From the sequence record OR525702.1: a DNA stretch of 64,000 bases. One strand, given 5' to 3'. Both the position numbers and the translations under genes were made by a program. This document shows, one piece after another, positions 42,300 through 52,184 of this stretch. The stretch is from Escherichia phage vB-Eco-KMB23. The notes under the pieces were generated by a model that was not told where the DNA came from, did no database searches, and saw only the letters and a list, made by a program, of their open reading frames with translations. The stretch's first letter is position 1. The number at the start of each line of letters is the position of its first letter.

Positions 42300-44564
42300 T
42301 CATAATTTACAGGATGAACAATCTTCAGCTTTTGGAGTTTCTATTTCATAATCATCAGTACCAGAACCATCGCGGGTATTATGATAATAGAAATTTTTTC
42401 CGCCAAAATACCAGAAATACAAAAGGTCATCAATCATTATTGACATTGGAACCTTTCCTTTTGGAAAAATCTGCGGGTCATAGTATGTATTCGCTGAAGC
42501 TGATTGACATACCCATTTCAGCATAATAGCTACTTGCGTAAGATAAGGTTTATTACCTTTCTTAGCTAATTTCCACGTATAATCATAGAGGTCTATGTTA
42601 TGCTCAATATTGGGCACGACTTGATTAAAGGAGCCCTCTTTTGATTCTTTAACAGAGACTGGTCCACGTGGAGGCTCGATACCGTTTGTACTGTTAGAAA
42701 CTTGGGAAGATGACTCACATGGCATAAGTGCTGATAATGTGCTATTACGGATGCCAAAGAGCTTAAGGTCTTCCCGCAGCGACGACCAGTCACAAACGTA
42801 TTTTGGAGCTGCGATTTGGTCAATCTTTTTATTGTACCAGTCGATAGGTAATTCGCCTCGAGACCAACGAGTGTCTGAATAATATTCGCAAGGTCCTTTT
42901 TCTTTGGCGAGCTTAATGGATGCTTTAATGAGTCCATACTGTAATCTCTCAAATAGTTCATGTGTTAAATCGTTAGCATCTTCATAAGAAGCAAAGTTAC
43001 TTGCCAGCCAAGCTGCATAGTTAGTAACACCTACACCAAGGTTACGACGCTTTTTAGCTTTTTCTGCTTCAGGAACTGGATATCCTTGGTAATCCAAAAG
43101 ATTATCAAGAGCGCGAACTTGAACTTCTGCCAATTCATTAATTTTATCTTGGTCTTGCCAGTCAAAATTATCTAGTACGAATGCAGAGAGAGTACACAAT
43201 CCAATTTCCGCATCAGGACTATTCACATCATTTGTTGGAATAGCAATTTCACAGCACAAGTTACTTTGACGAATAGGTGCCTTTTCACGAATAAACGGAG
43301 TATAGTTATTCGTATTATCAATGAACTGCACATAAATCCTTGCTGTTCCTGAACGTTCAGTCATGAGCAATTCAAATAGTTCACGAGCTTTAATACGCTT
43401 TTTACGAATATTAGGGTCTTTTTCTGCTGCTTCGTATAATTCACGGAAACGGTCTTGGTCTTTAAAATAAGAATAATAAAGCTCGCCACCCATTTCATGC
43501 GGACTGAACAAAGTAATGTAATCGTTCTTTCCGAATCGTTCCATCATCAAATCATTCAGTTGAACACCATAATCCATATGACGAATGCGGTTTTCTTCTA
43601 CGCCTTTGTTATTTTTCAAAACGAGAAGATTTTCAACTTCCAAATGCCAAATAGGATAATAAGCAGTAGCAGCGCCGCCACGAATTCCACCCTGTGAACA
43701 TGATTTAACTGCAGTCTGAAAATGTTTCCAAAAAGGAATAACACCAGTATGGCGTACTTCACCCATGCCAATCTTAGAACCTTCAGCACGAATCATACCA
43801 ACGTTAATACCAATTCCAGCGCGTTTAGAGATATATTCAACAATTGAAGCGGAAGCCTTATTGATAGACTTCAATGAATCTCCTGCCTCAATAACAACAC
43901 ATGAACTAAACTGTCGAGTCGGAGTACGGCAACCAGCCATAATAGGAGTTGGCAGTGAAATCTGTCGGGTTGATACCGCTTCATAAAAACGGATAACATG
44001 TTTTAATCTATCAACAGGTTCATCTTGATGCAATGCCATTCCAATAGCCATAAATGCAAACTGCGGAGTTTCATAAATTTGACCAGTGGTTTTATCTTTA
44101 ACTAGATATTTTTCTTTTAATTGCATCGCCCCGGAATAAGTAAATTCCATATCCCGTTCGTGCTTAATTTTTGATTCTAAAAATGTAATTTCTTCTGCTG
44201 AATATTTTGACAATAATTCAGGGTCATATTTCCCTTCATTTACGCAATAAGAAATATGGTCAATAAATGAACGCGGTTCATACTGCCCGTAAACATGCTT
44301 ACGAAGAGCAAACATTAAACAGCGTGCAGCTACATATTGATAATCAGGCTCTTCAACCGAAATAGAATTCGCAGCAGCCTTAATGACAATAGTCTGAATA
44401 TCATCAGTTGTCATTCCATCACGGAGATAAGATTTAATATTTTCATATAATTCATAAGGATCTACTGATGTTCCTTCAGCTGCCCAAGATAAAACTTTAA
44501 TAATTTTTTGTGGGTCGAAGCTCTGAGAAACACCACTACTTTTGATAACATTAATTAATTGCAT
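42300..44564 (-). CDS. nrdA: ribonucleotide reductase large subunit
   Basis: 754 aa, ATP-cone N-terminus. Confidence 0.9.
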   Translation of the reverse strand: MQLINVIKSSGVSQSFDPQKIIKVLSWAAEGTSVDPYELYENIKSYLRDGMTTDDIQTIVIKAAANSISVEEPDYQYVAARCLMFALRKHVYGQYEPRSFIDHISYCVNEGKYDPELLSKYSAEEITFLESKIKHERDMEFTYSGAMQLKEKYLVKDKTTGQIYETPQFAFMAIGMALHQDEPVDRLKHVIRFYEAVSTRQISLPTPIMAGCRTPTRQFSSCVVIEAGDSLKSINKASASIVEYISKRAGIGINVGMIRAEGSKIGMGEVRHTGVIPFWKHFQTAVKSCSQGGIRGGAATAYYPIWHLEVENLLVLKNNKGVEENRIRHMDYGVQLNDLMMERFGKNDYITLFSPHEMGGELYYSYFKDQDRFRELYEAAEKDPNIRKKRIKARELFELLMTERSGTARIYVQFIDNTNNYTPFIREKAPIRQSNLCCEIAIPTNDVNSPDAEIGLCTLSAFVLDNFDWQDQDKINELAEVQVRALDNLLDYQGYPVPEAEKAKKRRNLGVGVTNYAAWLASNFASYEDANDLTHELFERLQYGLIKASIKLAKEKGPCEYYSDTRWSRGELPIDWYNKKIDQIAAPKYVCDWSSLREDLKLFGIRNSTLSALMPCESSSQVSNSTNGIEPPRGPVSVKESKEGSFNQVVPNIEHNIDLYDYTWKLAKKGNKPYLTQVAIMLKWVCQSASANTYYDPQIFPKGKVPMSIMIDDLLYFWYFGGKNFYYHNTRDGSGTDDYEIETPKAEDCSSCKL

Positions 44565-44881
44565 AAGTCCTCAACTTGAAAATCGTCTTTAAACAATCGG
44601 TTAACTATATGAGCTATTATATCACCATGACACGGCTTTGGTTTACATGTGCATCCTAGCCTCATTCCACGTAAAGGCTCTAAATGTGCTTTAGTTATTT
44701 CTCCGGATTTAATTCGACGTATAAAATCTTTTTTGAATAATTCAATGGCAGCCTCCCGGCTGCCAGCATCTTTACCGACGTAATTTCCCCAAAATGTACC
44801 GCGGTGAATATTAACATCAAAGTCGGATTTGTATTTATTCACTACCCGGCATAGACGGCCCACGCTGGAATAATTCGTCAT
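44555..44881 (-). CDS. small Cys/His-motif protein (nrdA.1 position)
   Basis: 108 aa; [19 protein letters not shown] motif. Confidence 0.6.
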
Positions 44882-45098
44882 ATTGTTTTTCCGTTAATAC
44901 AGTAATATCATAGTAACAATCGGAAGAAGTTTTAACTGTGGAAATTTTATTATCAAAATACTCACGAGTCATTTTATGAGTATAGTATTTTTTACCATAA
45001 ATGGTAATAGGCTGTTCTGGTCCTGGAACTTCTAACTCGCTTGGGTTAGGAAGTGTAAAAAGAACAACGCCAGAAGTATCTTTAAATCGTAAAATCAT
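44835..45098 (-). CDS. hypothetical protein (nrdA.2 position)
   Basis: 87-aa ORF. Confidence 0.55.
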
Positions 45099-45955
45099 AT
45101 TGCCATTTTCCCTTTAATTGCTGGATGCGATTCATAATTTTCAAGGATAAAATCTTTCGGTTTCATGTATTCAGTTAACCAGTAAAGCTGTGTTTCGGTG
45201 TCACAATTTCCAAACTCTATAGGCCAATCAATTTTAAGTTCACACAGTTCTTTAGGCTCACGACGTAAAATTTCTTTACATTGCGCAGTATGATTCATAT
45301 AGATGTGAGTATTACCACCAGAAAATATCAAATCTCCTGGGATAAGATTACACATCTTAGCCACAATATGCGTCAAGGCAGCGTACGAGGCAATGTTGAA
45401 TGGCAAGCCCAAGAAAACATCTACACTTCTTTGGTACCATTGTAAATCAAGATAACCATTACGCACATTAAACTGATAGAACATATGACAGGGCGGTAAT
45501 GCCATTTGATTGATTTCAGCTGGATTCCATGCTGAAACGATTTGACGTCGATCAGTTGGTAATTTTTTAATACGATCAATAGTTTCAACTAATTGATCCA
45601 CACCACCGAAATCACGCCATTGTTTACCATATATAGGACCAAGTTCACCACTATGATATCCTAGGTCTTTAGCTTGGTTTTCATAATTGTCATCCCAGAT
45701 AGTTTTACCTTGAATAAGACTACCGTGAGTAAGAAGACGTAAATCATTAACATTGGTAGAACCGGAAATAAACCATAAAAGCTCAGCAATGCATGCATTC
45801 CAGGCGAGCTTCTTAGTTGTTACTGCAGGAAAACCTTTAGTTAAATCCCAGCGTAATTTAGTACCGAACAGAGCAATTGTTCCTATGCCTGTTCGGTCAT
45901 CGGTTTCATAGCCATTTTCAAAAATGTCTTTAATTAAATCTTGGTATTGTTTCAT
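45095..45955 (-). CDS. td: thymidylate synthase, uninterrupted
   Basis: 286-aa continuous ORF; no intron. Confidence 0.9.
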
Positions 45956-46000
45956 TTAGTACCTTATATAAATTATAATACATTTTATGAAGCTGAATAA

Positions 46001-46348
46001 TCAATACGGTTTAGCATCAAATTTTCTTTCAATTTCAGGCGTGAAATATAATTCTTTACCGCGTTTGGAAAAGCGACCAATAATATGATAATTATTCTCA
46101 TCAAACGTGATATTACCAATATCCATAGCTTTCAACCAAATATCGATATTTCTATCCAGCTTTATGTCAAAATTCCAATACGGAGAACTATTACCGAAAA
46201 TACTGCAAGCGGATTCAGTAAAACAACTACTATAAATCTTATCTTTAGGAACTACTAATTGATAGACACCTTTAATAAACTGAGGACCCTGCCACTTTGG
46301 CTGTTTCGCGTCTTTTTCTAATAGAATAGGGTAATAATTAAAATTCAT
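46001..46348 (-). CDS. hypothetical protein encoded between frd and td
   Basis: 115-aa ORF with ATG start; late-promoter-like TATATAAATG about 25 bp upstream. Confidence 0.6.
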   Translation of the reverse strand: MNFNYYPILLEKDAKQPKWQGPQFIKGVYQLVVPKDKIYSSCFTESACSIFGNSSPYWNFDIKLDRNIDIWLKAMDIGNITFDENNYHIIGRFSKRGKELYFTPEIERKFDAKPY

Positions 46349-46367
46349 ATTTTCCGCCAGTGTTATT

Positions 46368-47197
<830 letters not shown>

Positions 47198-47208
47198 ATT
47201 ATCTCCTA

Positions 47209-47541
47209 TTAAAAAGGATCAGGAACATATCCGCTAGCTTTAATCATTTTAATTAACGTTAACATTCCTTTGTTAACTGCTCGTGAGATTTCATCAAAAA
47301 CTTCATCACTAAAAAGTTCTAACACACCCTTCTGAACTTTTAATTTACAGCCAACAATTTCGTCATCGCCTATAGTAAATTCATTACCACCAATTCCTCC
47401 GAAAAACTTAATTACACCAGTTAACTGTCTTCCACGAGAATATGGGTCGTGTGATAAAGTAATATGAGTCACCCCGGGTACAGTTTTAAATTGGCAGCGA
47501 ATATTTACTTGGGAAATTCCAGTTACATGAATATCAGACAT
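47209..47541 (-). CDS. hypothetical protein
   Basis: 110-aa ORF. Confidence 0.55.
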   Translation of the reverse strand: MSDIHVTGISQVNIRCQFKTVPGVTHITLSHDPYSRGRQLTGVIKFFGGIGGNEFTIGDDEIVGCKLKVQKGVLELFSDEVFDEISRAVNKGMLTLIKMIKASGYVPDPF

Positions 47542-47551
47542 AATATTTTCC

Positions 47552-47794
47552 TCAAACAGACTTTTTCACAATTTTCCAATCAGCTTTAAACTGTTCAACG
47601 TCAGAATGGTAAATCCAGAATCCTGCGCTTTCTCCATCCTCATAAAGAGGGCATCCATCACATTCATCTTCCCATCCCATATCACGCAAAAGACGTTCAG
47701 CTTTTTCAACAAGTTCAGAATCTTTACCAATAATATTAAAATACCATTTACCTCTAACTTCTGAATCTTTGATACTCTGACGTTGTAATCTCAT
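47552..47794 (-). CDS. hypothetical protein
   Basis: 80 aa from ATG 47794 with RBS AAGGAGAATAAA; track ORF begins at TTG 47851. Confidence 0.55.
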   Translation of the reverse strand: MRLQRQSIKDSEVRGKWYFNIIGKDSELVEKAERLLRDMGWEDECDGCPLYEDGESAGFWIYHSDVEQFKADWKIVKKSV

Positions 47795-47814
47795 TTTATT
47801 CTCCTTAGTTGATA

Positions 47815-47849
47815 AGGCTATAGTATCACTACCATAGCCTGTTGTAAAC
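47815..47849 (-). promoter_or_regulatory. early promoter with embedded stem-loop (PeSL-like cassette)
   Basis: GTTTAC, then 7-bp inverted repeat AGGCTAT/ATAGCCT bracketing the -10 (TACTAT). Confidence 0.55.
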
Positions 47850-47851
47850 AA

Positions 47852-48112
47852 TTATTTTTGAATTTTATCGAGCCACTTACCAAGCTTAATCATTTCTTTA
47901 GTAGCCTTTTCCATACTTCTGAACTTAACCAATAGAGGATAGGTATCGACACCCATAACTAAACTGGTTACAAGACTGTGTTCACCCACAAGCCATAACG
48001 AATACGTTTGAATATCGAGCCCGTAATTTCTGTCTTTGTGGACCCGTACACCCATCACTTCAAATTTCTCACTAGCTTTTTCTACCGCATTCAGGAAATC
48101 ATCTTTAGTCAT
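47852..48112 (-). CDS. hypothetical protein
   Basis: About 86 aa from ATG 48112; track ORF begins at TTG 48145. Confidence 0.45.
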   Translation of the reverse strand: MTKDDFLNAVEKASEKFEVMGVRVHKDRNYGLDIQTYSLWLVGEHSLVTSLVMGVDTYPLLVKFRSMEKATKEMIKLGKWLDKIQK

Positions 48113-48113
48113 A

Positions 48114-48494
48114 TTAGGCCTTAAAAGTTTTTCGCAAAAGTTCAATGATTTCGTCTACATTGTTTTCATCTACAATGCAGTGAATTTTTGTTACGCCAGA
48201 AACCTTGTCTTTGACTTCATCTTCTTCAGAAGTCGGTTCTTTATACTCACGAAAACAATGAAATTCGTCTTCGCAAATTTCTAAAAGTCTATCTTTGAGG
48301 TAAAAATGCTTTCCATTTGCGCATTCAATGTGTTTTACTGCTTTATATCCGTTAGCGACGGAAACTTCTTTAACTTCAAACCATCCGCCATTATCTCGAA
48401 TGGCTTTAACTATTGATGAATTAGAACGTGGGCTATAATTAATAAATGTATCAATAAGTCTTGGAACAAGTTCATACTTTTTACCGATATACAT
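48114..48494 (-). CDS. hypothetical protein
   Basis: 126-aa ORF, ATG with SD GAGGA. Confidence 0.6.
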   Translation of the reverse strand: MYIGKKYELVPRLIDTFINYSPRSNSSIVKAIRDNGGWFEVKEVSVANGYKAVKHIECANGKHFYLKDRLLEICEDEFHCFREYKEPTSEEDEVKDKVSGVTKIHCIVDENNVDEIIELLRKTFKA

Positions 48495-48538
48495 TATGTT
48501 TTCCTCATTTTAACGGGGCTGTAATAGCCCCTTGATAA

Positions 48539-48766
48539 TTATTGTTCAATCAATCCCATGTAAAATTCTGCGTCTTCAGAATCCATACCATCACAATATT
48601 CATTAGCCATAAAGCGGGTGAGGTCTTCAAGAGGACCTTCAATAACGATTTGAATACTCCAAAACTTAGAATCTTGCACGCTTGTGATACTAAGTTCAGG
48701 ATAACGATTACGAATAATTTCTTCGATATATTCAAAATCAACGATGTCAATATCAACTTTAGCCAT
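48539..48766 (-). CDS. hypothetical acidic protein
   Basis: 75 aa from ATG 48766 (MAKVDIDIV...) with SD AAGAGGA. Confidence 0.55.
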   Translation of the reverse strand: MAKVDIDIVDFEYIEEIIRNRYPELSITSVQDSKFWSIQIVIEGPLEDLTRFMANEYCDGMDSEDAEFYMGLIEQ

Positions 48767-48810
48767 ATTGTTTTCCTCTTTAATCATCAGCAGTATTGCC
48801 GATAGTTGTA

Positions 48811-48839
48811 TAGTACCATGGAAGAACAAGGATGTAAAC
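48811..48839 (-). promoter_or_regulatory. early sigma70-type promoter
   Basis: GTTTAC, 17 nt, TG-extended -10 TACTAT on minus strand. Confidence 0.5.
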
Positions 48840-48869
48840 AGTTTTGTGAAAAATTTTTAAAATAAAAAA

Positions 48870-48888
48870 GGGGACCTCTAGGGTCCCC
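48870..48888 (-). terminator. gene 32 terminator hairpin
   Basis: GGGGACC-tctag-GGTCCCC downstream of gene 32 stop. Confidence 0.65.
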
Positions 48889-48910
48889 AATTAATTAGTA
48901 ATATAATCTA

Positions 48911-49819
48911 TTAAAGGTCATTCAAAAGGTCATCCAGGTCCGTGTCATCAGCACTAGATGAACTGCCAGAGCTTGAGCTCATAAAATCATCTTCAGTTTT
49001 TGTATTGAAGTCATCAACATTGAATGCATCCAAATCATCAGCAACTTTATCAGCTTTCTTAGCAGCAGTTGCAGCGGCACCGCCCATCACAGCAGTTCCC
49101 ATAACTTGACTGAATTTAGTGCTCAGTTCTTCAAACGATTTGAATTTATCTTTAGAAGTCATTTCAGAAAGGTCAACCATTTGTTCGAACAGTTCTTTCT
49201 GGAAAGATTCATCATCAATGTTTGGAATCGCAGATTGATTCAGGAATTTAGATTCGTCGTAGTTACTAAAACCAGAAACTTGTTTAACTTTCAGTACAAA
49301 GTTAGCACCTTCCCACGGACAAGTTACATCAACCGGAGTTTCACCCATTTCAACATCAACGGCAATCATTGCATTGATTTTATCCCAGATTTTCTTACCG
49401 AAACGGTATTTAAATACTTTACCTTCATTTTCTGGAGCAGCTGGGTCTTTTACTACAAGAATGTTAGCCCAGTAAGAAGTTTTACGTTTAACAAGACCGT
49501 ACTCTTTATTGTCAGTGTTGTACAGATCATTTTTACTGATGTACTGACATACTGGACAAGAATCGTAATCACCGTGGGTAGATGAGCAATTTTCGATATA
49601 CCATTTACCGTTTTTCTTGAAACCGTGATTTACAAGAATTGCGAATGGTGCTTGTTCATCATTTTTAGACGGAAGAAAACGAATTACTGCTTGACCGTTA
49701 CCCGCATTGTCGAGTTTCAGTTTCCACTCGCCTTTATCTTCAGAAGAAAAACCACCTTTATTTCCAGCCAGTTTAGCCATTTGTGCAGCGAGTTCAGCAG
49801 TAGATTTACGTTTAAACAT
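48911..49819 (-). CDS. 32: single-stranded DNA-binding protein
   Basis: 302-aa ORF; matches T4 gp32 incl. acidic Ser-rich C-terminus. Confidence 0.95.
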   Translation of the reverse strand: MFKRKSTAELAAQMAKLAGNKGGFSSEDKGEWKLKLDNAGNGQAVIRFLPSKNDEQAPFAILVNHGFKKNGKWYIENCSSTHGDYDSCPVCQYISKNDLYNTDNKEYGLVKRKTSYWANILVVKDPAAPENEGKVFKYRFGKKIWDKINAMIAVDVEMGETPVDVTCPWEGANFVLKVKQVSGFSNYDESKFLNQSAIPNIDDESFQKELFEQMVDLSEMTSKDKFKSFEELSTKFSQVMGTAVMGGAAATAAKKADKVADDLDAFNVDDFNTKTEDDFMSSSSGSSSSADDTDLDDLLNDL

Positions 49820-49890
49820 TTTTATTTCCTTTTTAATTTAATTAACAGTTGGTGCTATGACGATGTATGACCTCATAGCTGGTCAGTGAG
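49820..49890 (-). promoter_or_regulatory. gene 32 translational operator (unstructured A/U-rich region and upstream pseudoknot)
   Basis: Minus strand reads TTAAATTAAAAAGGAAATAAAAATG preceded by GCTATGAGGTCATACATCGTCATAGCACC, as recalled for the T4 operator. Confidence 0.7.
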
Positions 49891-49902
49891 ATAATTATAA
49901 TC

Positions 49903-49910
49903 TATTTATA
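49903..49910 (-). promoter_or_regulatory. late promoter motif TATAAATA for gene 32
   Basis: Reverse complement of tatttata. Confidence 0.5.
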
Positions 49911-49918
49911 ATAAGCAA

Positions 49919-50572
49919 TTAATACTTGCAAGATTTCACAGTTTCAATAAAAACATTTTTAGCTTTCTGTGAATCAATATTTAAAATTTTTCTATAAGCC
50001 TTTAACTTTATAGAATAATTATTCCAGACTAAATTATCAGTCTGTTCATCATGTTTATCAATTATATTTAAAAACGAATCAAGCAAGATAAACGTTTCAA
50101 ACGAAATTATATTCGACTGAAGCAGTTTAAAAATATAACTTGATTGAACCTTTGGATTATATTCAAAGATTTCTTTAAAAGCAGAAACTTCAACTTTTTT
50201 ACTAAAATAATAAATGTTGCGAATATCTTCTTCAAACTTAAATTTAATTTGCTTTAAGCGTCCGATATATTCACGATAAAACACAAGTGCATCAGCGTCA
50301 GAGATGTCACCAATCCAAGCATCTTGGTTAGCAACCAAATTACTTATAAAAATTAAAGCAAGTTCCTTTAATTTATATTTTTCTGATAACTTCTGGAAAA
50401 AATACTTATCCCTTCGCTTTTGATAAGCGGCATCAGACACCCGCATGCACCAATTATACTTAATTACATCATACTTTCCATTCATATGTTGTTTTATCAT
50501 TAAGTATAATTTATAAACTGATTTACCATCAATGTATCTTTCACCACCAGCAGGCATGCGGAGTTTAATCAT
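49919..50572 (-). CDS. 59: helicase loader
   Basis: 217 aa, matches T4 gp59. Confidence 0.9.
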   Translation of the reverse strand: MIKLRMPAGGERYIDGKSVYKLYLMIKQHMNGKYDVIKYNWCMRVSDAAYQKRRDKYFFQKLSEKYKLKELALIFISNLVANQDAWIGDISDADALVFYREYIGRLKQIKFKFEEDIRNIYYFSKKVEVSAFKEIFEYNPKVQSSYIFKLLQSNIISFETFILLDSFLNIIDKHDEQTDNLVWNNYSIKLKAYRKILNIDSQKAKNVFIETVKSCKY

Positions 50573-50907
50573 AGTAGAAAATCTAATGTATTAGTTTTTT
50601 CACAACGAACAACAGAAGGACGTAAAAGATTTTCGTCGATAGCTTCTGACTGAATTTTTTCAATTATACCCGAAGGAATAAATTTAGCAAATTGAGTTTC
50701 AGGAATAGAATTTTCTTCTAAGAACGCTGTTGTAGCTTCAAGATAACTCATTCCAAACTCTTCTACCATTTTTTCAATAATAAATCCATTTTCTTGGCGG
50801 TCAAGAAGCTTTGCTATTTCATCCTTTTCTTTCTTAATTGAAAGTTCTTTTTCTGAAAGACCGGTCTCATCGACCGGACGAATATCATTTAGAGAAAACT
50901 GTGTCAT
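50569..50907 (-). CDS. 33: late transcription co-activator
   Basis: 112 aa from ATG 50907 (MTQFSLNDIRPV...); track ORF begins at TTG. Confidence 0.85.
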   Translation of the reverse strand: MTQFSLNDIRPVDETGLSEKELSIKKEKDEIAKLLDRQENGFIIEKMVEEFGMSYLEATTAFLEENSIPETQFAKFIPSGIIEKIQSEAIDENLLRPSVVRCEKTNTLDFLL

Positions 50908-51154
50908 AAAGTTCAACTACCTCTTCAGTTTCAGCTTCAAACACATCACGGTTATCTTTATGATACAAAGCTAATAGACGATTAAACATCTTACCATCAA
51001 CGCCAAGTTCATCTTTAGCACGAATTCGAATATCTTTAATCAGTTCATTATAACCGGAAATTTTCAGTTTATGATCAGATGCTTCTTTAATAAATTTAGC
51101 CAAGTCTTCGCCATGGATAGCTTCATCAAATTCAACCATTTCTTTTTTAGCCAT
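50885..51154 (-). CDS. dsbA: dsDNA-binding protein
   Basis: 89 aa, matches T4 DsbA. Confidence 0.85.
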   Translation of the reverse strand: MAKKEMVEFDEAIHGEDLAKFIKEASDHKLKISGYNELIKDIRIRAKDELGVDGKMFNRLLALYHKDNRDVFEAETEEVVELYDTVFSK

Positions 51155-51162
51155 TATTCACC

Positions 51163-52080
51163 TCAAAATTCATTAATGCTATTAGTTAATTTAGAAAGAC
51201 CCGCTTTTACAAAATATGAATAAATTTTGCCACGCGGTGGTAATTTATATGAATTATAGTAATTCACAATGTTTGAAGCAATATTATCAGGAATATAATC
51301 AAAATCAATTAGAACTAAATTTTCTTTATAACGATTATATTCAGATTCTGTGAGAAGCACCTTAGCTTGCTCACGGTCATTAGCAATAGCTTCAACGATT
51401 GAAGTTTTCATTGAAGGAGTTCGTTCACCTTCAACTTTGGTAAACCAAAAGTCAGATCGTACTTTAACTGAAGCAACGTTATCCTTTTTGTCACCTTTAA
51501 GGATTTTAGTCATACAGTCAATTTCAGCAGAACCGCTTTTAATTTTAACCCATTTCTTGTGCATCGGTGACCATTGCTTAACATTTGGGTATTTGTGAAG
51601 TTGAGTAAAGTCACCATCCGACGAAATTATTAAAATCTTGTGTCCTTCTAAAGAGAACTTTTTAACAAGAACAGCAATATGGTCATCTGCTTCATACTTA
51701 TCAATATCCATAACAATGTATGGCATATAAGCTTTCAATTCATCTATAACTTTATGACTGGATTCAAAATAACCTTCCCAGTCCCAAGTAGATTCTTCTC
51801 GTGCTTTTCCACGGTTTTTCTTATAATAATAAGCGAAATCACGACGCCAATATCCAGATTTCGCGTTATCAATACACAATACAATTTTAGTGTATCCAAG
51901 AGCTTTTGCTTTTTTGACATTAAACTTAATTGAGTTCAATATCAAATGACGAACCATTGATAAATTAATTTTTTCTTTATCTGGGAAGTTTACTAAAGCA
52001 GTTGAAAGCGCAATTTGACTAAAGTCAATAAAGCAAATTCCTTCTTTGTAATCTTCATCCAACATCATTTCTAAATCCAT
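51163..52080 (-). CDS. rnh: RNase H / 5'-3' exonuclease
   Basis: 305 aa from ATG 52080 (MDLEMMLDEDYKEG...) with SD GAGG; track ORF begins at TTG. Confidence 0.9.
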   Translation of the reverse strand: MDLEMMLDEDYKEGICFIDFSQIALSTALVNFPDKEKINLSMVRHLILNSIKFNVKKAKALGYTKIVLCIDNAKSGYWRRDFAYYYKKNRGKAREESTWDWEGYFESSHKVIDELKAYMPYIVMDIDKYEADDHIAVLVKKFSLEGHKILIISSDGDFTQLHKYPNVKQWSPMHKKWVKIKSGSAEIDCMTKILKGDKKDNVASVKVRSDFWFTKVEGERTPSMKTSIVEAIANDREQAKVLLTESEYNRYKENLVLIDFDYIPDNIASNIVNYYNSYKLPPRGKIYSYFVKAGLSKLTNSINEF

Positions 52081-52101
52081 ATGAACCTCGTTCAATTAGT
52101 G

Positions 52102-52139
52102 AGATTTCTATTATATACCATCCAAATCTTAAAGTAAAC
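52102..52139 (-). promoter_or_regulatory. early promoter with inverted repeat (PeSL-like cassette)
   Basis: GTTTAC, then 6-bp inverted repeat AGATTT/AAATCT bracketing TATATAAT. Confidence 0.5.
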
Positions 52140-52142
52140 AAG

Positions 52143-52150
52143 TATAAATA
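52143..52150 (+). promoter_or_regulatory. late promoter motif TATAAATA for gene 34
   Basis: Exact TATAAATA 35 bp upstream of ATG 52185; SD AGGAG. Confidence 0.65.
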
Positions 52151-52184
52151 CTTATTATTGAAAACACAATAGGAGCCCGGGAGA

